DNA of 58,519 nucleotides, from positions 1-58,519 of the forward strand of contig JAYEJI010000183.1 in the NCBI GenBank assembly GCA_034660515.1, given 5' to 3'. The notes under the pieces are model-generated. The model was not told where the DNA came from, did no database searches, and worked only from the letters and a program-made list of their open reading frames with translations. This stretch comes from Fidelibacterota bacterium. Lineage in GTDB: Bacteria > Fidelibacterota > Fidelibacteria > Fidelibacterales > Fidelibacteraceae. The stretch's first letter is position 1, and each line of letters starts with the position of its first letter. The translations under genes were made by a program, and so were the position numbers. Shown piece after piece: positions 9,195 through 18,746 of the stretch.

Positions 9195-10910
9195 ATGCCG
9201 AATTTTTTCAAAGATAATAAAGATCTGGTTTTTCAATTTGAGAACGTGGACCTGGAATATATAACCGAGCTTACAGAAGATGATTATAAAGACGCAGGTA
9301 AGTTTGACTATGCTCCTAAAGATTATAATGAAGCTAAAGAAAATTATAGAAAAGTGATGGAAATAGCCGGAGAAATAGCCGGAGATATTATTGCTCCTTT
9401 GGCGGCAGAAGTTGATGAAGAAGGTGCTCATTTTGAAGAGGGTGTCGTTACTTATGCTAAAGGTACACAGGAAGCTTTGAAGTGTTTAAATCAGGCCGAC
9501 CTGATGGGTTTTACTTTGCCTAGAAAATATGGCGGACTTAATATGCCCATGACCATATATACCATGTCTATCGAAATGGTATCCCGGGCAGACGCTTCTC
9601 TGATGAATATATATGGCTTGCAGGATATCGGTGAAACGATTAACAAATTTGGCAATGATGAACAAAGAGAAGAATTCTTGCCACAGTTCTCAAACGGGAG
9701 CGCTACAGGAGCTATGGTACTTACAGAACCGGATGCCGGATCAGACTTGCAGGCTGTAAATTTAAAGGCATATCAGGATGAGGATGGGAACTGGAAATTA
9801 AATGGTGTAAAACGTTTTATTACAAACGGCAGTGGTGATATCCTGTTGGTTCTGGCAAGATCCGAACCCGGTACATTAGATGGGCGCGGTCTTAGCATGT
9901 TTGTTTGTTATGGCGATGATACTGTTGTTATTAGAAGGATCGAAAATAAATTGGGAATTCACGGTTCACCCACATGTGAACTGCAATTTAATGATACTCC
10001 CTGCCAGTTGATTGGGAAGCGCAAACTCGGTTTGATCAAATATGTCATGGATTTAATGAATGGCGCCCGTTTGGGTGTTTCCGCTCAGGCAATGGGTATA
10101 TCACAAGCGGCATATGAAGAAGCTTTATCTTATGCAAAAGCACGCGAACAATTTGGGAAAGCGATCATAGAAATTCCGGTAGTAAATAATTTGTTAATGG
10201 ATATGCGAACCACCTTAGAGACAAACCGTTCTTTTTTATATGCTACTTCACGATTTGTTGATATGCGCGATAAACTTATAGAGCGTATTGAACATCTTAA
10301 GGCAGAGGGAAAAGTTGCTAAGGAAGAAATGGGATTACAGAAAAAATATAGTAGGATCGCAGCCATGCTAACTCCTATGTGTAAACTTATTCTTACCGAA
10401 TCTGCTAATAAAATAACCTATGATTCCTTACAGATCCATGGCGGAACAGGTTATATGAAAGAGTTCAATGTCGAACGCCTAGCAAGAGATGCACGTATTA
10501 CCAATATATATGAAGGTACTTCCCAATTACAGGTAGTTGCAGCTATTGGTGGAGTAATAAATGACCTTTACGCAGATAAATTTGATGAATATGAGAGTAA
10601 AAACTATAAAGGCCAATTAACAGACCTGACTATGCATCTAAAAGAAATTCGGAACATCTTTAAAGAGAGTTTAGATTTTGTGCAGGAAAAGAACGATAAG
10701 GATTTTAAAGATATTGCATCTAAAGATCTGGTAGAAATGTATAGTTACTTAATTACAGGTTATTTATTGATAGATGAAACAGAAAAAGACGATAGAAAAC
10801 TTCATATAGCAAAACATTATATTTTGAGATCTTTAGCAGCCTGCAAACAAAATTCGGAAGCTATAAAATCAGGATTATATTCGGATCTGCAAAACGTAGA
10901 AGACATTTAA
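9195..10910 (+). CDS. Acyl-CoA dehydrogenase, long form (571 aa)
   Basis: ACAD landmarks are present: GAMVLTEPDAGSD, KRFITNG, QIHGGTGYM.E..VERL.RDARI..IYEGT. It starts 9 nt after etfA and has about 100 extra C-terminal residues. Confidence 0.85.
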   Translation: MPNFFKDNKDLVFQFENVDLEYITELTEDDYKDAGKFDYAPKDYNEAKENYRKVMEIAGEIAGDIIAPLAAEVDEEGAHFEEGVVTYAKGTQEALKCLNQADLMGFTLPRKYGGLNMPMTIYTMSIEMVSRADASLMNIYGLQDIGETINKFGNDEQREEFLPQFSNGSATGAMVLTEPDAGSDLQAVNLKAYQDEDGNWKLNGVKRFITNGSGDILLVLARSEPGTLDGRGLSMFVCYGDDTVVIRRIENKLGIHGSPTCELQFNDTPCQLIGKRKLGLIKYVMDLMNGARLGVSAQAMGISQAAYEEALSYAKAREQFGKAIIEIPVVNNLLMDMRTTLETNRSFLYATSRFVDMRDKLIERIEHLKAEGKVAKEEMGLQKKYSRIAAMLTPMCKLILTESANKITYDSLQIHGGTGYMKEFNVERLARDARITNIYEGTSQLQVVAAIGGVINDLYADKFDEYESKNYKGQLTDLTMHLKEIRNIFKESLDFVQEKNDKDFKDIASKDLVEMYSYLITGYLLIDETEKDDRKLHIAKHYILRSLAACKQNSEAIKSGLYSDLQNVEDI

Positions 10911-11012
10911 ATTTTTCCACAACAGGATGAATTGCGTTTTTCGTTTGGTATGAAAATCATAGTATTAAATTGATATTTTATTTATACTTTATGCAAAGCA
11001 GGAGGAATGACA

Positions 11013-11894
11013 ATGAAGATCATCATTGACAGTACTTGTCAGCTCGAACCCGAACGCATTAAAGAACTTGGTTTGACCATTATTGATATGCCGATCATTA
11101 TGAACGGTGAAGAATATCCACAAACATGGGATATGCCGAATTGGCGGGAAGAAAAAGAGAAATTCATTGCGCTGATGCGCGATAAAAAGAATAAAATAAC
11201 AACCGTGGGTGCAAGCGAGGCCCAATTCACGGAAGCTTTTAAAAAACACAAAGATGAAGAGATCCTGTTGATCACGCAAGCTTTGCGGAACACGAAAGCT
11301 ACTGAAGAAGCATTACATGCAGCCCTGAAGAACAATCCTCAATATGATGTAAAAGCATTTGATAGTGAGAGCCTGGTCTCAGGTGTAGGTGTCCAGCTAC
11401 TTGCATTAATGAGGGAGATCGAAGGGAAAGAGGTCAGCCGTGATAAATGTTATGATATTTTGATGAAAAATTGTGAGAATGCACATGTCATGGGTGCGAT
11501 ATACGATCTATTTTATTTACATCGTGGCGGACGGGTAGGATTGGCACAAGCGGTGATGGGTACCGCTATCGGGATTATTCCTTTACTACAGGTAACCCCC
11601 GGTTCCGGTGAGATCAAAGCCATGGGAAAAGCAAAGAATTTCAAGCAGATTTGCGCCCGTTTCATATCAATCATAAAAACACAAATGGAAGAAAAGAACA
11701 GCAAAACCATCACGGTTACAATGTCATATGTAGGTAATCATGATAAAGAATGCCTGTACATGAAAAAATTATTGGAAACTGCCACGGAAGAACTTGAATG
11801 GGACCTCTATTTTGAATTGAATTACTCCAACTTTGCGCATATGCCACATTTGGGGCCTGATTTTTTTGATATAGGCTATGTCATAGGAACATAA
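11013..11894 (+). CDS. DegV family (FakB-like) protein, paralog of 6086..6967
   Basis: It aligns over its full length with the first DegV, beginning MKIIIDSTCQLEP in both. GGAGG at 11001-11005 favours the ATG at 11013 over the ORF-track ATG at 11007. Confidence 0.75.
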   Translation: MKIIIDSTCQLEPERIKELGLTIIDMPIIMNGEEYPQTWDMPNWREEKEKFIALMRDKKNKITTVGASEAQFTEAFKKHKDEEILLITQALRNTKATEEALHAALKNNPQYDVKAFDSESLVSGVGVQLLALMREIEGKEVSRDKCYDILMKNCENAHVMGAIYDLFYLHRGGRVGLAQAVMGTAIGIIPLLQVTPGSGEIKAMGKAKNFKQICARFISIIKTQMEEKNSKTITVTMSYVGNHDKECLYMKKLLETATEELEWDLYFELNYSNFAHMPHLGPDFFDIGYVIGT

Positions 11895-11911
11895 TAGAAA
11901 AAGAAAGTTGC

Positions 11912-13498
11912 ATGAAGATCAATACATTTATTTCATCCCTCGAAGGGGGGTTGGACTATTTTAAAGCAAATTATCATACCATCGATAACCTGAATGTGTT
12001 TCCCGTACCTGATGGTGATACGGGTGTAAATATGTTGCTGACCTTTCAGCCTGCCATAGAGGCAATAAAAGAAAAAGGTGAACATAATTACAAATCCGTT
12101 TTAAATATCCTGCAAGATGTTTGTACCATGAATAGCCGTGGAAATTCCGGATTTATTTTATCCCAGTTCATCTCCGGTTTTTCCGATGTAGTTCTTGAAC
12201 ATGGTGATATTACACCCGAGATCCTTACTGAAGCGTTTATACATGGTCATTATATATCAAAAATATCTGTTTCAACTCCTCGTGAAGGTACGATGCTTTC
12301 AGTATTTGAAGCAGTTGCCAAAGCAATGAAAGAAGCAAAATCAGAAACGCTACTTGATCATTTTGTATTGGCGATTGAAGCAGGCATGGAAGAGGTATTC
12401 ATTTCACCGGAGAAACTCCCCGTTCTAAAAAAAGCAGGTGTCGTTGATTCGGGCGCATTGGGATTTGTTTTTATTCTTGAAGGTATGAAACGCAGAATGA
12501 CCGGTGAAGATATCAAGATAGAAAATGAAGCCGAATACCGCTTTGAGCCGGATGAAGATTCAAATCTTGAAGAACTTATGGAGATCAGTCACCGTTATTG
12601 CACTGAATTGACTATTCGAAGAAGCGGAAATAATGTTAATAAAGATCTTGAAGCATATTTGAATGATGTCGGCGACAGTGTTGCGCTTCTTGTAAATAAT
12701 GACATCATTAAATTGCATGTTCATACAAATACCCCTGAAGATGTGATCAATGAACTATCTTCTTACGGTGTTATCGAGAATAAAAAGATCGAAGATATGC
12801 AAAAACAGATCGAAGAAGAATTTGCCCGCTTTCATCATGAAAATGAGATAGGTGTTTTGGCCTTGGTTCCCGGTGAAGGCTTTCGATCTATATTGCACGA
12901 TTTTGAACCTGATCTGGATGTCCTGGTTTATGGGAAAAATCTCCCCAAAACAGGCGATATATTAAACCATGTCAATCAAATGCCCTATGAAGATGTTATT
13001 GTACTTGCCAATGATAAGAATATCATTCCGGCCGTTCAACTTGTAAAGAATAAAACCTCGAAACATATAGAGATCTTTCCAAGCAAGAATGTTATCCAGG
13101 GTGTTGCGGCTATTATGGGATTCGTTAAGAATCTCAGCTGGCAGGAAAACTTATCCCAGATGACTTCCTCCATGGAATTGGTTGAGAGTATCAGTGTTTA
13201 TAGAAGTATTAAGGATTCCCAATTTGCGGGAATAAAGATCCCGCTTGATCATTATTTTGCGGTTATGAGCGGTCATGTAATAGCTGTTAATGAAAAATTC
13301 GATAAAGTTGTACTTTCCGCTATTCATAGTGAGGATCCTGATGAAAGAATGACAATAAGCTTTTACTATAACGACAAAGTTCAGTCAGAAGATCTTGAAC
13401 CCATCACCTTGGAGCTTCAGGGTGAATTTGAGGATATTGAATTTGAAACTCGTTACGGTGGACAGCATACCGCTTTACTGCTTATTGGTTTGGAATAA
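11912..13498 (+). CDS. DAK2-domain protein (YloV/FakA-like fatty acid kinase ATP-binding subunit)
   Basis: 528 aa with an N-terminal DAK2 signature (LNVFPVPDGDTGVNM, SRGNSG) and a DegV-like C-terminal half. It sits between DegV and PlsY. Confidence 0.75.
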   Translation: MKINTFISSLEGGLDYFKANYHTIDNLNVFPVPDGDTGVNMLLTFQPAIEAIKEKGEHNYKSVLNILQDVCTMNSRGNSGFILSQFISGFSDVVLEHGDITPEILTEAFIHGHYISKISVSTPREGTMLSVFEAVAKAMKEAKSETLLDHFVLAIEAGMEEVFISPEKLPVLKKAGVVDSGALGFVFILEGMKRRMTGEDIKIENEAEYRFEPDEDSNLEELMEISHRYCTELTIRRSGNNVNKDLEAYLNDVGDSVALLVNNDIIKLHVHTNTPEDVINELSSYGVIENKKIEDMQKQIEEEFARFHHENEIGVLALVPGEGFRSILHDFEPDLDVLVYGKNLPKTGDILNHVNQMPYEDVIVLANDKNIIPAVQLVKNKTSKHIEIFPSKNVIQGVAAIMGFVKNLSWQENLSQMTSSMELVESISVYRSIKDSQFAGIKIPLDHYFAVMSGHVIAVNEKFDKVVLSAIHSEDPDERMTISFYYNDKVQSEDLEPITLELQGEFEDIEFETRYGGQHTALLLIGLE

Positions 13499-13515
13499 TA
13501 TCCCAACTTATAATA

Positions 13516-14268
13516 ATGGAGAATAATATGTATTATCTTGTTTTGGTATCCGGCTTGATACTCGGTTACCTTTCAGGTTCGGTGAGTTATGCCCGCATTT
13601 TTTCCCGTTTGGGAAAAGGGGTGGATATTACAAAAGTAGGCAACGGTAATCCCGGCACCTCGAATGTCATGAGAGAAGTAAGTAGATTTTGGGGTACTTT
13701 GACCTTTCTGGGCGATTCACTTAAAGGATCCCTGATCATGATCCTTTATAAATGGCTTTTCCTTTCTTCAGACCCTGTCGTAGCAATAAACCAGCCTTTT
13801 GACGGTGCCGGTTTTCTTGCTATCCTTTTGATCGGTATCGCAGCGATCTATGGCCACGCTTTCCCGATCTTTTACGGATTCAAGGGTGGTGGCTCGATCG
13901 GTGTTCTTTTTGGTTGCTGGTTGTTTTTGATCTTCCCCCAATTTTTGATCAATATCGTGATCGCATATATCATTGTTAAATTGTTTTTATCTAAACAAAA
14001 ATATCCAATGGGGCGCATGACACCCTTCGTCTTTCTGTTTATTACTCCTTTCTTTATGCTTGCAGAAAGTCTGTTCATTAAAGAATGGCATCCTTTTCAT
14101 GCCGGTTCTGTTCTTTTTGACCATATAGGATGGGGAAATCATTTTGTTCTCTTTAATGGGAACGGATGGATACTTATAGCCGGGATATTACTTTATGCTA
14201 TTGCTGTGATACCGACGAATTTTAAGATGTTGAAGACGAAAGAAATAATGGCGGAAAGTAACAAGTAA
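13516..14268 (+). CDS. plsY: Glycerol-3-phosphate acyltransferase PlsY (acyl-phosphate dependent), with a C-terminal extension
   Basis: It has the PlsY motifs GSVSYA, GNGNPGTSNVMR, GD.LKG and GHAFPIFYGFKGG. GGAG at 13519 supports an alternative start at 13528. At 250 aa it is longer than the roughly 200 aa I recall for typical PlsY. Confidence 0.8.
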   Translation: MENNMYYLVLVSGLILGYLSGSVSYARIFSRLGKGVDITKVGNGNPGTSNVMREVSRFWGTLTFLGDSLKGSLIMILYKWLFLSSDPVVAINQPFDGAGFLAILLIGIAAIYGHAFPIFYGFKGGGSIGVLFGCWLFLIFPQFLINIVIAYIIVKLFLSKQKYPMGRMTPFVFLFITPFFMLAESLFIKEWHPFHAGSVLFDHIGWGNHFVLFNGNGWILIAGILLYAIAVIPTNFKMLKTKEIMAESNK

Positions 14269-14270
14269 AA

Positions 14271-14305
14271 ACGTAACGCGTGACTCGTGACGCGTAACTC
14301 GTAAA
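14271..14305 (+). repeat. CGTRAC heptamer array (5 units) starting 2 nt after the plsY stop codon
   Basis: acgtaac gcgtgac tcgtgac gcgtaac tcgtaaa. The stop triplets at 14274, 14281 and 14288 fall in three different frames. Confidence 0.85.
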
Positions 14306-14320
14306 TATTTAATAAATGTA

Positions 14321-14350
14321 GGGGCTCAACATCTTGAGCCCTTTTCTTTT
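14321..14350 (+). terminator. Intrinsic terminator of the fatty-acid module
   Basis: GGGGCTCAA catc TTGAGCCC followed by ttttctttt. Confidence 0.8.
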
Positions 14351-14592
14351 GCGCAGTGAAAAGGAAGTATGGGGGTGTGGGAGGGAAATGAACTATAAGA
14401 GAATAAGATAAAAGATAAAAAGTAAAAAGATTAAAGTGTAAGAAATGGTAAGAAGTTTATATTCTCCAGTTATCCACCTTCGCCAAGGCTATGATGGACA
14501 GGCCAGTTACCAGCTTGCCGTGCCGAAGGCCTCCTGCGCCGAAGTAGCTTTGGCTACGTAGGCTGTACTTTAGTGAAGGCAGGTTACCAGTT

Positions 14593-14627
14593 ACTACGAG
14601 TCACGCGTTACGAATTACGCATCACGA
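14593..14627 (-). repeat. CGTRAC heptamer array (5 units) in minus-strand orientation, downstream of the minus-strand symporter gene
   Basis: The reverse complement reads tcgtgat gcgtaat tcgtaac gcgtgac tcgtagt. It is inverted relative to the array at 14271-14305. Confidence 0.85.
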
Positions 14628-14629
14628 AT

Positions 14630-14667
14630 AAAAGCCCCATCCGTCAGTTGACGAACAGGGCTTTTTG
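14630..14667 (-). terminator. Imperfect hairpin terminator downstream of the symporter gene
   Basis: gccccatccgtca / tgacgaacagggc pairs at 10 of 13 positions and is flanked by A/T runs on both sides. Confidence 0.45.
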
Positions 14668-14697
14668 TCTATTGATCAATTCAAATTAATGAACTAT

Positions 14698-16536
14698 TTA
14701 ATCCACTTTTACTTCTGTTGAAAGATGACGGTACCAAGTGAAGTATAATCCCACACTCAGAGCAATAAAGACCAATCCTAAAATCAGTGCTTGTCCCCAT
14801 GATTTAAAGACCAGGTTCATCATGAACATGAACAAGGTCAATTGCCATGGAACGGCAAGGAACACGGAGATAATATCTCTGCGATTTTCTTTCTTGATAG
14901 CTGCCTGTACATCTTCAGGAACGCCTTTCTTGAATTTACCCCAGGCCCCGAAGGGACGAGTAATATTATAAAAGTTCTGAGTCGTTCTTTCATCCGTAGG
15001 CTTAGTAGCAAGAGTTCCTATGATAATACCCAGAAGTGACATTAGAGAAGCGATAAGGAAAGCATAATATTCGGGAGCCAGAGCATCCGGGATTATACCG
15101 ACTTTCATGAACACTTTCCATAAAATGGCCGTTAGCATACCGCTTCCTACTCCAATAGCATAACCATAGCCGTTCACGCGATGCCAGTACCAGCGAACCA
15201 ATTGCGGGATCAATAATCCGGCACCTAGTCCCATAGTGATCCAAGACCATATCTCATTAATGTTCTTAATAAAGACGGTCAACAGCAATCCGGAAACAAC
15301 GATCAGTATAGAAGCACCATAACTATGTTTCATCAATTTTTTCTGATCGGCTTTGGGGTTAATATATTTTTGATAAATATCTTTCACCCAGTATGCCGCA
15401 CCGGCATTCACCGTGGAGTCGAAGGTGGACATCGCCGCCGCCATTAAGCCTGCAATGAGAAAGCCTTTTATACCAACAGGTAGTTCTGAAACAACTGTCG
15501 GTAAGACCATTTCGGGATCGGTGATCTGAGTTCCCAAAGAAATTCCCCAGATCGCTAAGGCGGCAATGAAGGGCCAACGGAAAGAAAGCAATCCGGTCCA
15601 GAACAAGGATAGCAATCCGGCTTCCTTATCGTTCTTGGCGGCGTAATAACGTTGGATCATATAATTTCCCGTACCGCCGCTACCTTCAAGAATAACCTTA
15701 AAGAGGTAGAACATGACCAATACACCAAATACATTGTACATGGAATAATCGGATTCGGCCGGAATGTTCATGCGCCACTGCGGTGCCAGACTTACCCATT
15801 CTTTCAGGGTTGTGCCCATTTGCATGAAACCGCCTTCTTTTAACGGAAGCGCGACAGCAAATTGCTCCGGGAGTTGAATACCCAATGCCCTGATAACAAT
15901 ATAGACAATTGCAAGAAAGATCAATATTCCCTGGAATACATCGGTCCAGATAACTCCGTAAAGTCCGGAGGCAACCGTGTAGATCATGGCAATGGCAATG
16001 AGAATGAATGCTGCCCAGAATTCTGTGCCAATTACAATATTTCCGATATGGATGTTCCAGGAGTCGGGAATACCAAGAAAAGTATCTAAGAATTTACCGC
16101 CACCGATGGCAAAATAAGTGATCATTGCGATCGTAAAAATAATGGATGTTATCGCCTGTATCAATCGTGCCGTATCACCTTGCGGACCTTTCCCAAAGCG
16201 TAAGCTCATCCATTCGGCTACTGTCATAACCCTTGAACGACGATTCCATTTACCCATATAGATCATGAGAAATGCCATGATCAGGGTAACACCACCGCGG
16301 ATCTCAATATAAAATCCCTTTGCACCGATGGCATAGACCAAGGCGACAATGATCATTGTTCCACTGATGTCAAGATTCGATGACATTCCCGATGCGCCCA
16401 ATGCCCACCAAGGCAGGCTACGGTTCCCTAGAAAGTAAGAATCAATTCCCTCTTTTGCTTTTTTCTGCATAAGCAAACCGACCACGACCATCGCGGTCAA
16501 ATAAATTCCGACTATTACATAGTCTACAGTATGCAT
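14698..16536 (-). CDS. Sodium:solute symporter family (SSF) transporter
   Basis: 612 aa and polytopic. The N-terminus is SSF-like (DYFLGNRSLPWWALGASGMSSNLD) and it contains VIWTDVFQG. Confidence 0.8.
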   Translation of the reverse strand: MHTVDYVIVGIYLTAMVVVGLLMQKKAKEGIDSYFLGNRSLPWWALGASGMSSNLDISGTMIIVALVYAIGAKGFYIEIRGGVTLIMAFLMIYMGKWNRRSRVMTVAEWMSLRFGKGPQGDTARLIQAITSIIFTIAMITYFAIGGGKFLDTFLGIPDSWNIHIGNIVIGTEFWAAFILIAIAMIYTVASGLYGVIWTDVFQGILIFLAIVYIVIRALGIQLPEQFAVALPLKEGGFMQMGTTLKEWVSLAPQWRMNIPAESDYSMYNVFGVLVMFYLFKVILEGSGGTGNYMIQRYYAAKNDKEAGLLSLFWTGLLSFRWPFIAALAIWGISLGTQITDPEMVLPTVVSELPVGIKGFLIAGLMAAAMSTFDSTVNAGAAYWVKDIYQKYINPKADQKKLMKHSYGASILIVVSGLLLTVFIKNINEIWSWITMGLGAGLLIPQLVRWYWHRVNGYGYAIGVGSGMLTAILWKVFMKVGIIPDALAPEYYAFLIASLMSLLGIIIGTLATKPTDERTTQNFYNITRPFGAWGKFKKGVPEDVQAAIKKENRRDIISVFLAVPWQLTLFMFMMNLVFKSWGQALILGLVFIALSVGLYFTWYRHLSTEVKVD

Positions 16537-16608
16537 ATTGATCTCCTTATAAAAATCGTGTAATTATCCCATTCCCATGTGATAAAACAAAACAGATGTT
16601 ATACTTCA

Positions 16609-18669
16609 TTATTTCTTCAATATCACACCGGATGACGGTTGCAAAGTAATGTAATTCAATACCCGTTCGTCTTTATATAGGTGTGTGGAAAACAAATAGG
16701 ACCACATACCTCCCGGTAGATTATAAAAAGCGGTTTTATCTTTTGAGCCATTGATCAAAATAAGCAGATCTTCCTCTCCGCTATTTTGAGAATGGATCCT
16801 ATATCCAATACCAAACTCACTGTCTGCAAAAAATGGTTCTAAAGCATCTCTGGATGCTCTTCTTAATTGCGGATATACCTGTCTGAGTCTAAAGACCGAT
16901 GAGTAAAAGTTCGTTAATTCTTTGTTTTGTCTCGCAATAGTATAATTCAAATAATTTGTTGAATTGTCTTTGTTATAAGAATTCCGGTCGATCATACCCT
17001 GTCTTGTATCCTGAAACTCATTCGTCTCTATGATCTTGCTTCTTCCAAATTCTTGTCCCGAATGGATCATGGCCACTCCCTGAGAAGTTCCCAAAATAAA
17101 AGCACCAAGTTTATGAAAACGGATCTCTTCAGGAGTAAGCTTATTGTGAGCTTCAAGATCTTTGATCACAATATTTTCCTCAGCTTTATCCAAATATACC
17201 CTGACAAAATCACCGAAAGTTTCGTCATCATGAGATTCAAGATAATTAACAGAATGGCGAACATCAAGATACTGGCCACCATCATCCCGGAGTGAGCCCA
17301 TCAAAAAACGCATAACATTAGAGCGGGAAACACCCTCATCCCATTTCCCGAAAATAAATCCAGGTCGCGAATGAGGATTTTGTCCTTTAATACCATTACG
17401 GAAGCGATCATTCCAGGTTGACCAACCTAATTCCGAAAAATGTTCGGGATTATATTTTCCTCCACCCCAAGGTTCGGCAATGATCACAACATTGGGGTTC
17501 AGCATGCGTGCTTCACGGATGATCTCATCCAATGTTCCATCATCGATCATAGCTCCAAGATCAAAGCGAAAGCCGTCAACATGGAATTCTTTCATCCAAT
17601 ACAGAATACTTTCAACGATCATCTTTCTCGACATGGGGCGTTCTGTCTTGAAATCATTCCCACATCCACTGAGAGAAATAAAATCCTGATTTTCATCCAG
17701 ACGGTAATAATATTTTTTATCGATCAACTTAAAAGGATTGGGATCATATGTACTGGTGTGATTATAAACAACATCCATCAGGACCGCGATCCCGGCATTA
17801 TGTAAGGACTTGACCAGTTTTTTGAATTCTTCAACGCTTTTACCTTTATCATCAATAAAGTTATTTTTGATCATATTACCTTTTGAACCGTAATAATTCT
17901 CGGGTGCGAAAAAGAAAGTACTCATATAGCCCCAGTGATTTCTTGCGTAGGGGTTCCATGTGTTGAAGAAAACTGTAGAAGAATCCCGATAGGGGATCTC
18001 AATATTGGCAAAATCATGCAAAGGCAAAAATTCAACTGCATTGATCCCAAGATTTTTCAGGTAATTGATCTTTTCAATTGCCCCGAGATATGTTCCCGGT
18101 GCTTCAACGCCCGATGAGGGATGTGCCGTCAGATCCCGGACATGGGCTTCATAGATTATAAGATCTCGCGGGTCATTTGGTCTGATCCAGGTATCGCCTT
18201 CCCAATCGAAATTATCTTTATAAATAAAGGTCCGTGCATTGATATGATAGTTATTTTGTGTGGAGACAACTTTTGAGTAAGGATCGGGGATCAGCGTGTT
18301 CCGGTTAAAAATATCGCCTTTTTTGTTCTCAGCTGTGAGATAGTATCCGTAATACTTATTCCACAAACGTTTATTTGTAGAATATTCCCATATACCCTGT
18401 TCATCCCGGGTCATGAAGTGAGTTTCATAAGCAGGACCTTTTGCCGAACGGAAAAGTGCCAGTTCCACTTTATTGGCTCTTGGTGCAAAAATGCGAAAAA
18501 CAGATTTGCCGTTCTCAATATTCAGGCCAAGAGTTTTGTTTGAATATAATTGATCAAATTGTGCAAGCGGAATACCCGGTACCGGTTTAACGGGTTGTGC
18601 GGCATTTTCCTGAAATGCACAGTGAAAAAAGGGCAGTACAAGAATGAATAGTAAAAGCACTTTTCTCAT
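16609..18669 (-). CDS. GH13 pullulanase/debranching-type glycoside hydrolase, secreted
   Basis: 686 aa with a signal peptide and a CBM48-like N-terminal segment (FRIFAPRANKVELALF). The GH13 regions are DVVYNHT, GFRFDLGAM, IIAEPWG and YLESHDDET. Confidence 0.85.
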   Translation of the reverse strand: MRKVLLLFILVLPFFHCAFQENAAQPVKPVPGIPLAQFDQLYSNKTLGLNIENGKSVFRIFAPRANKVELALFRSAKGPAYETHFMTRDEQGIWEYSTNKRLWNKYYGYYLTAENKKGDIFNRNTLIPDPYSKVVSTQNNYHINARTFIYKDNFDWEGDTWIRPNDPRDLIIYEAHVRDLTAHPSSGVEAPGTYLGAIEKINYLKNLGINAVEFLPLHDFANIEIPYRDSSTVFFNTWNPYARNHWGYMSTFFFAPENYYGSKGNMIKNNFIDDKGKSVEEFKKLVKSLHNAGIAVLMDVVYNHTSTYDPNPFKLIDKKYYYRLDENQDFISLSGCGNDFKTERPMSRKMIVESILYWMKEFHVDGFRFDLGAMIDDGTLDEIIREARMLNPNVVIIAEPWGGGKYNPEHFSELGWSTWNDRFRNGIKGQNPHSRPGFIFGKWDEGVSRSNVMRFLMGSLRDDGGQYLDVRHSVNYLESHDDETFGDFVRVYLDKAEENIVIKDLEAHNKLTPEEIRFHKLGAFILGTSQGVAMIHSGQEFGRSKIIETNEFQDTRQGMIDRNSYNKDNSTNYLNYTIARQNKELTNFYSSVFRLRQVYPQLRRASRDALEPFFADSEFGIGYRIHSQNSGEEDLLILINGSKDKTAFYNLPGGMWSYLFSTHLYKDERVLNYITLQPSSGVILKK

Positions 18670-18746
18670 GATCGATGTGTCTCCATATTAAAATTCATAG
18701 CAAATATAGTAAGAATAGGTGTCGCGTGAAACAGTTTTGTCATAAA

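Noticed and set aside
14467-14475. DnaA-box-like TTATCCACC.
   Set aside because: It is a single 8-of-9 match inside a repeat island, with no cluster of boxes and no AT-rich unwinding element arrangement.
18718-18733. parS-like site GGTGTCGCGTGAAACA, compared with the consensus TGTTTCACGTGAAACA.
   Set aside because: Only the right half-site is intact and the left half has three mismatches. It is a single occurrence about 21 kb from parAB, so I cannot distinguish it from chance.
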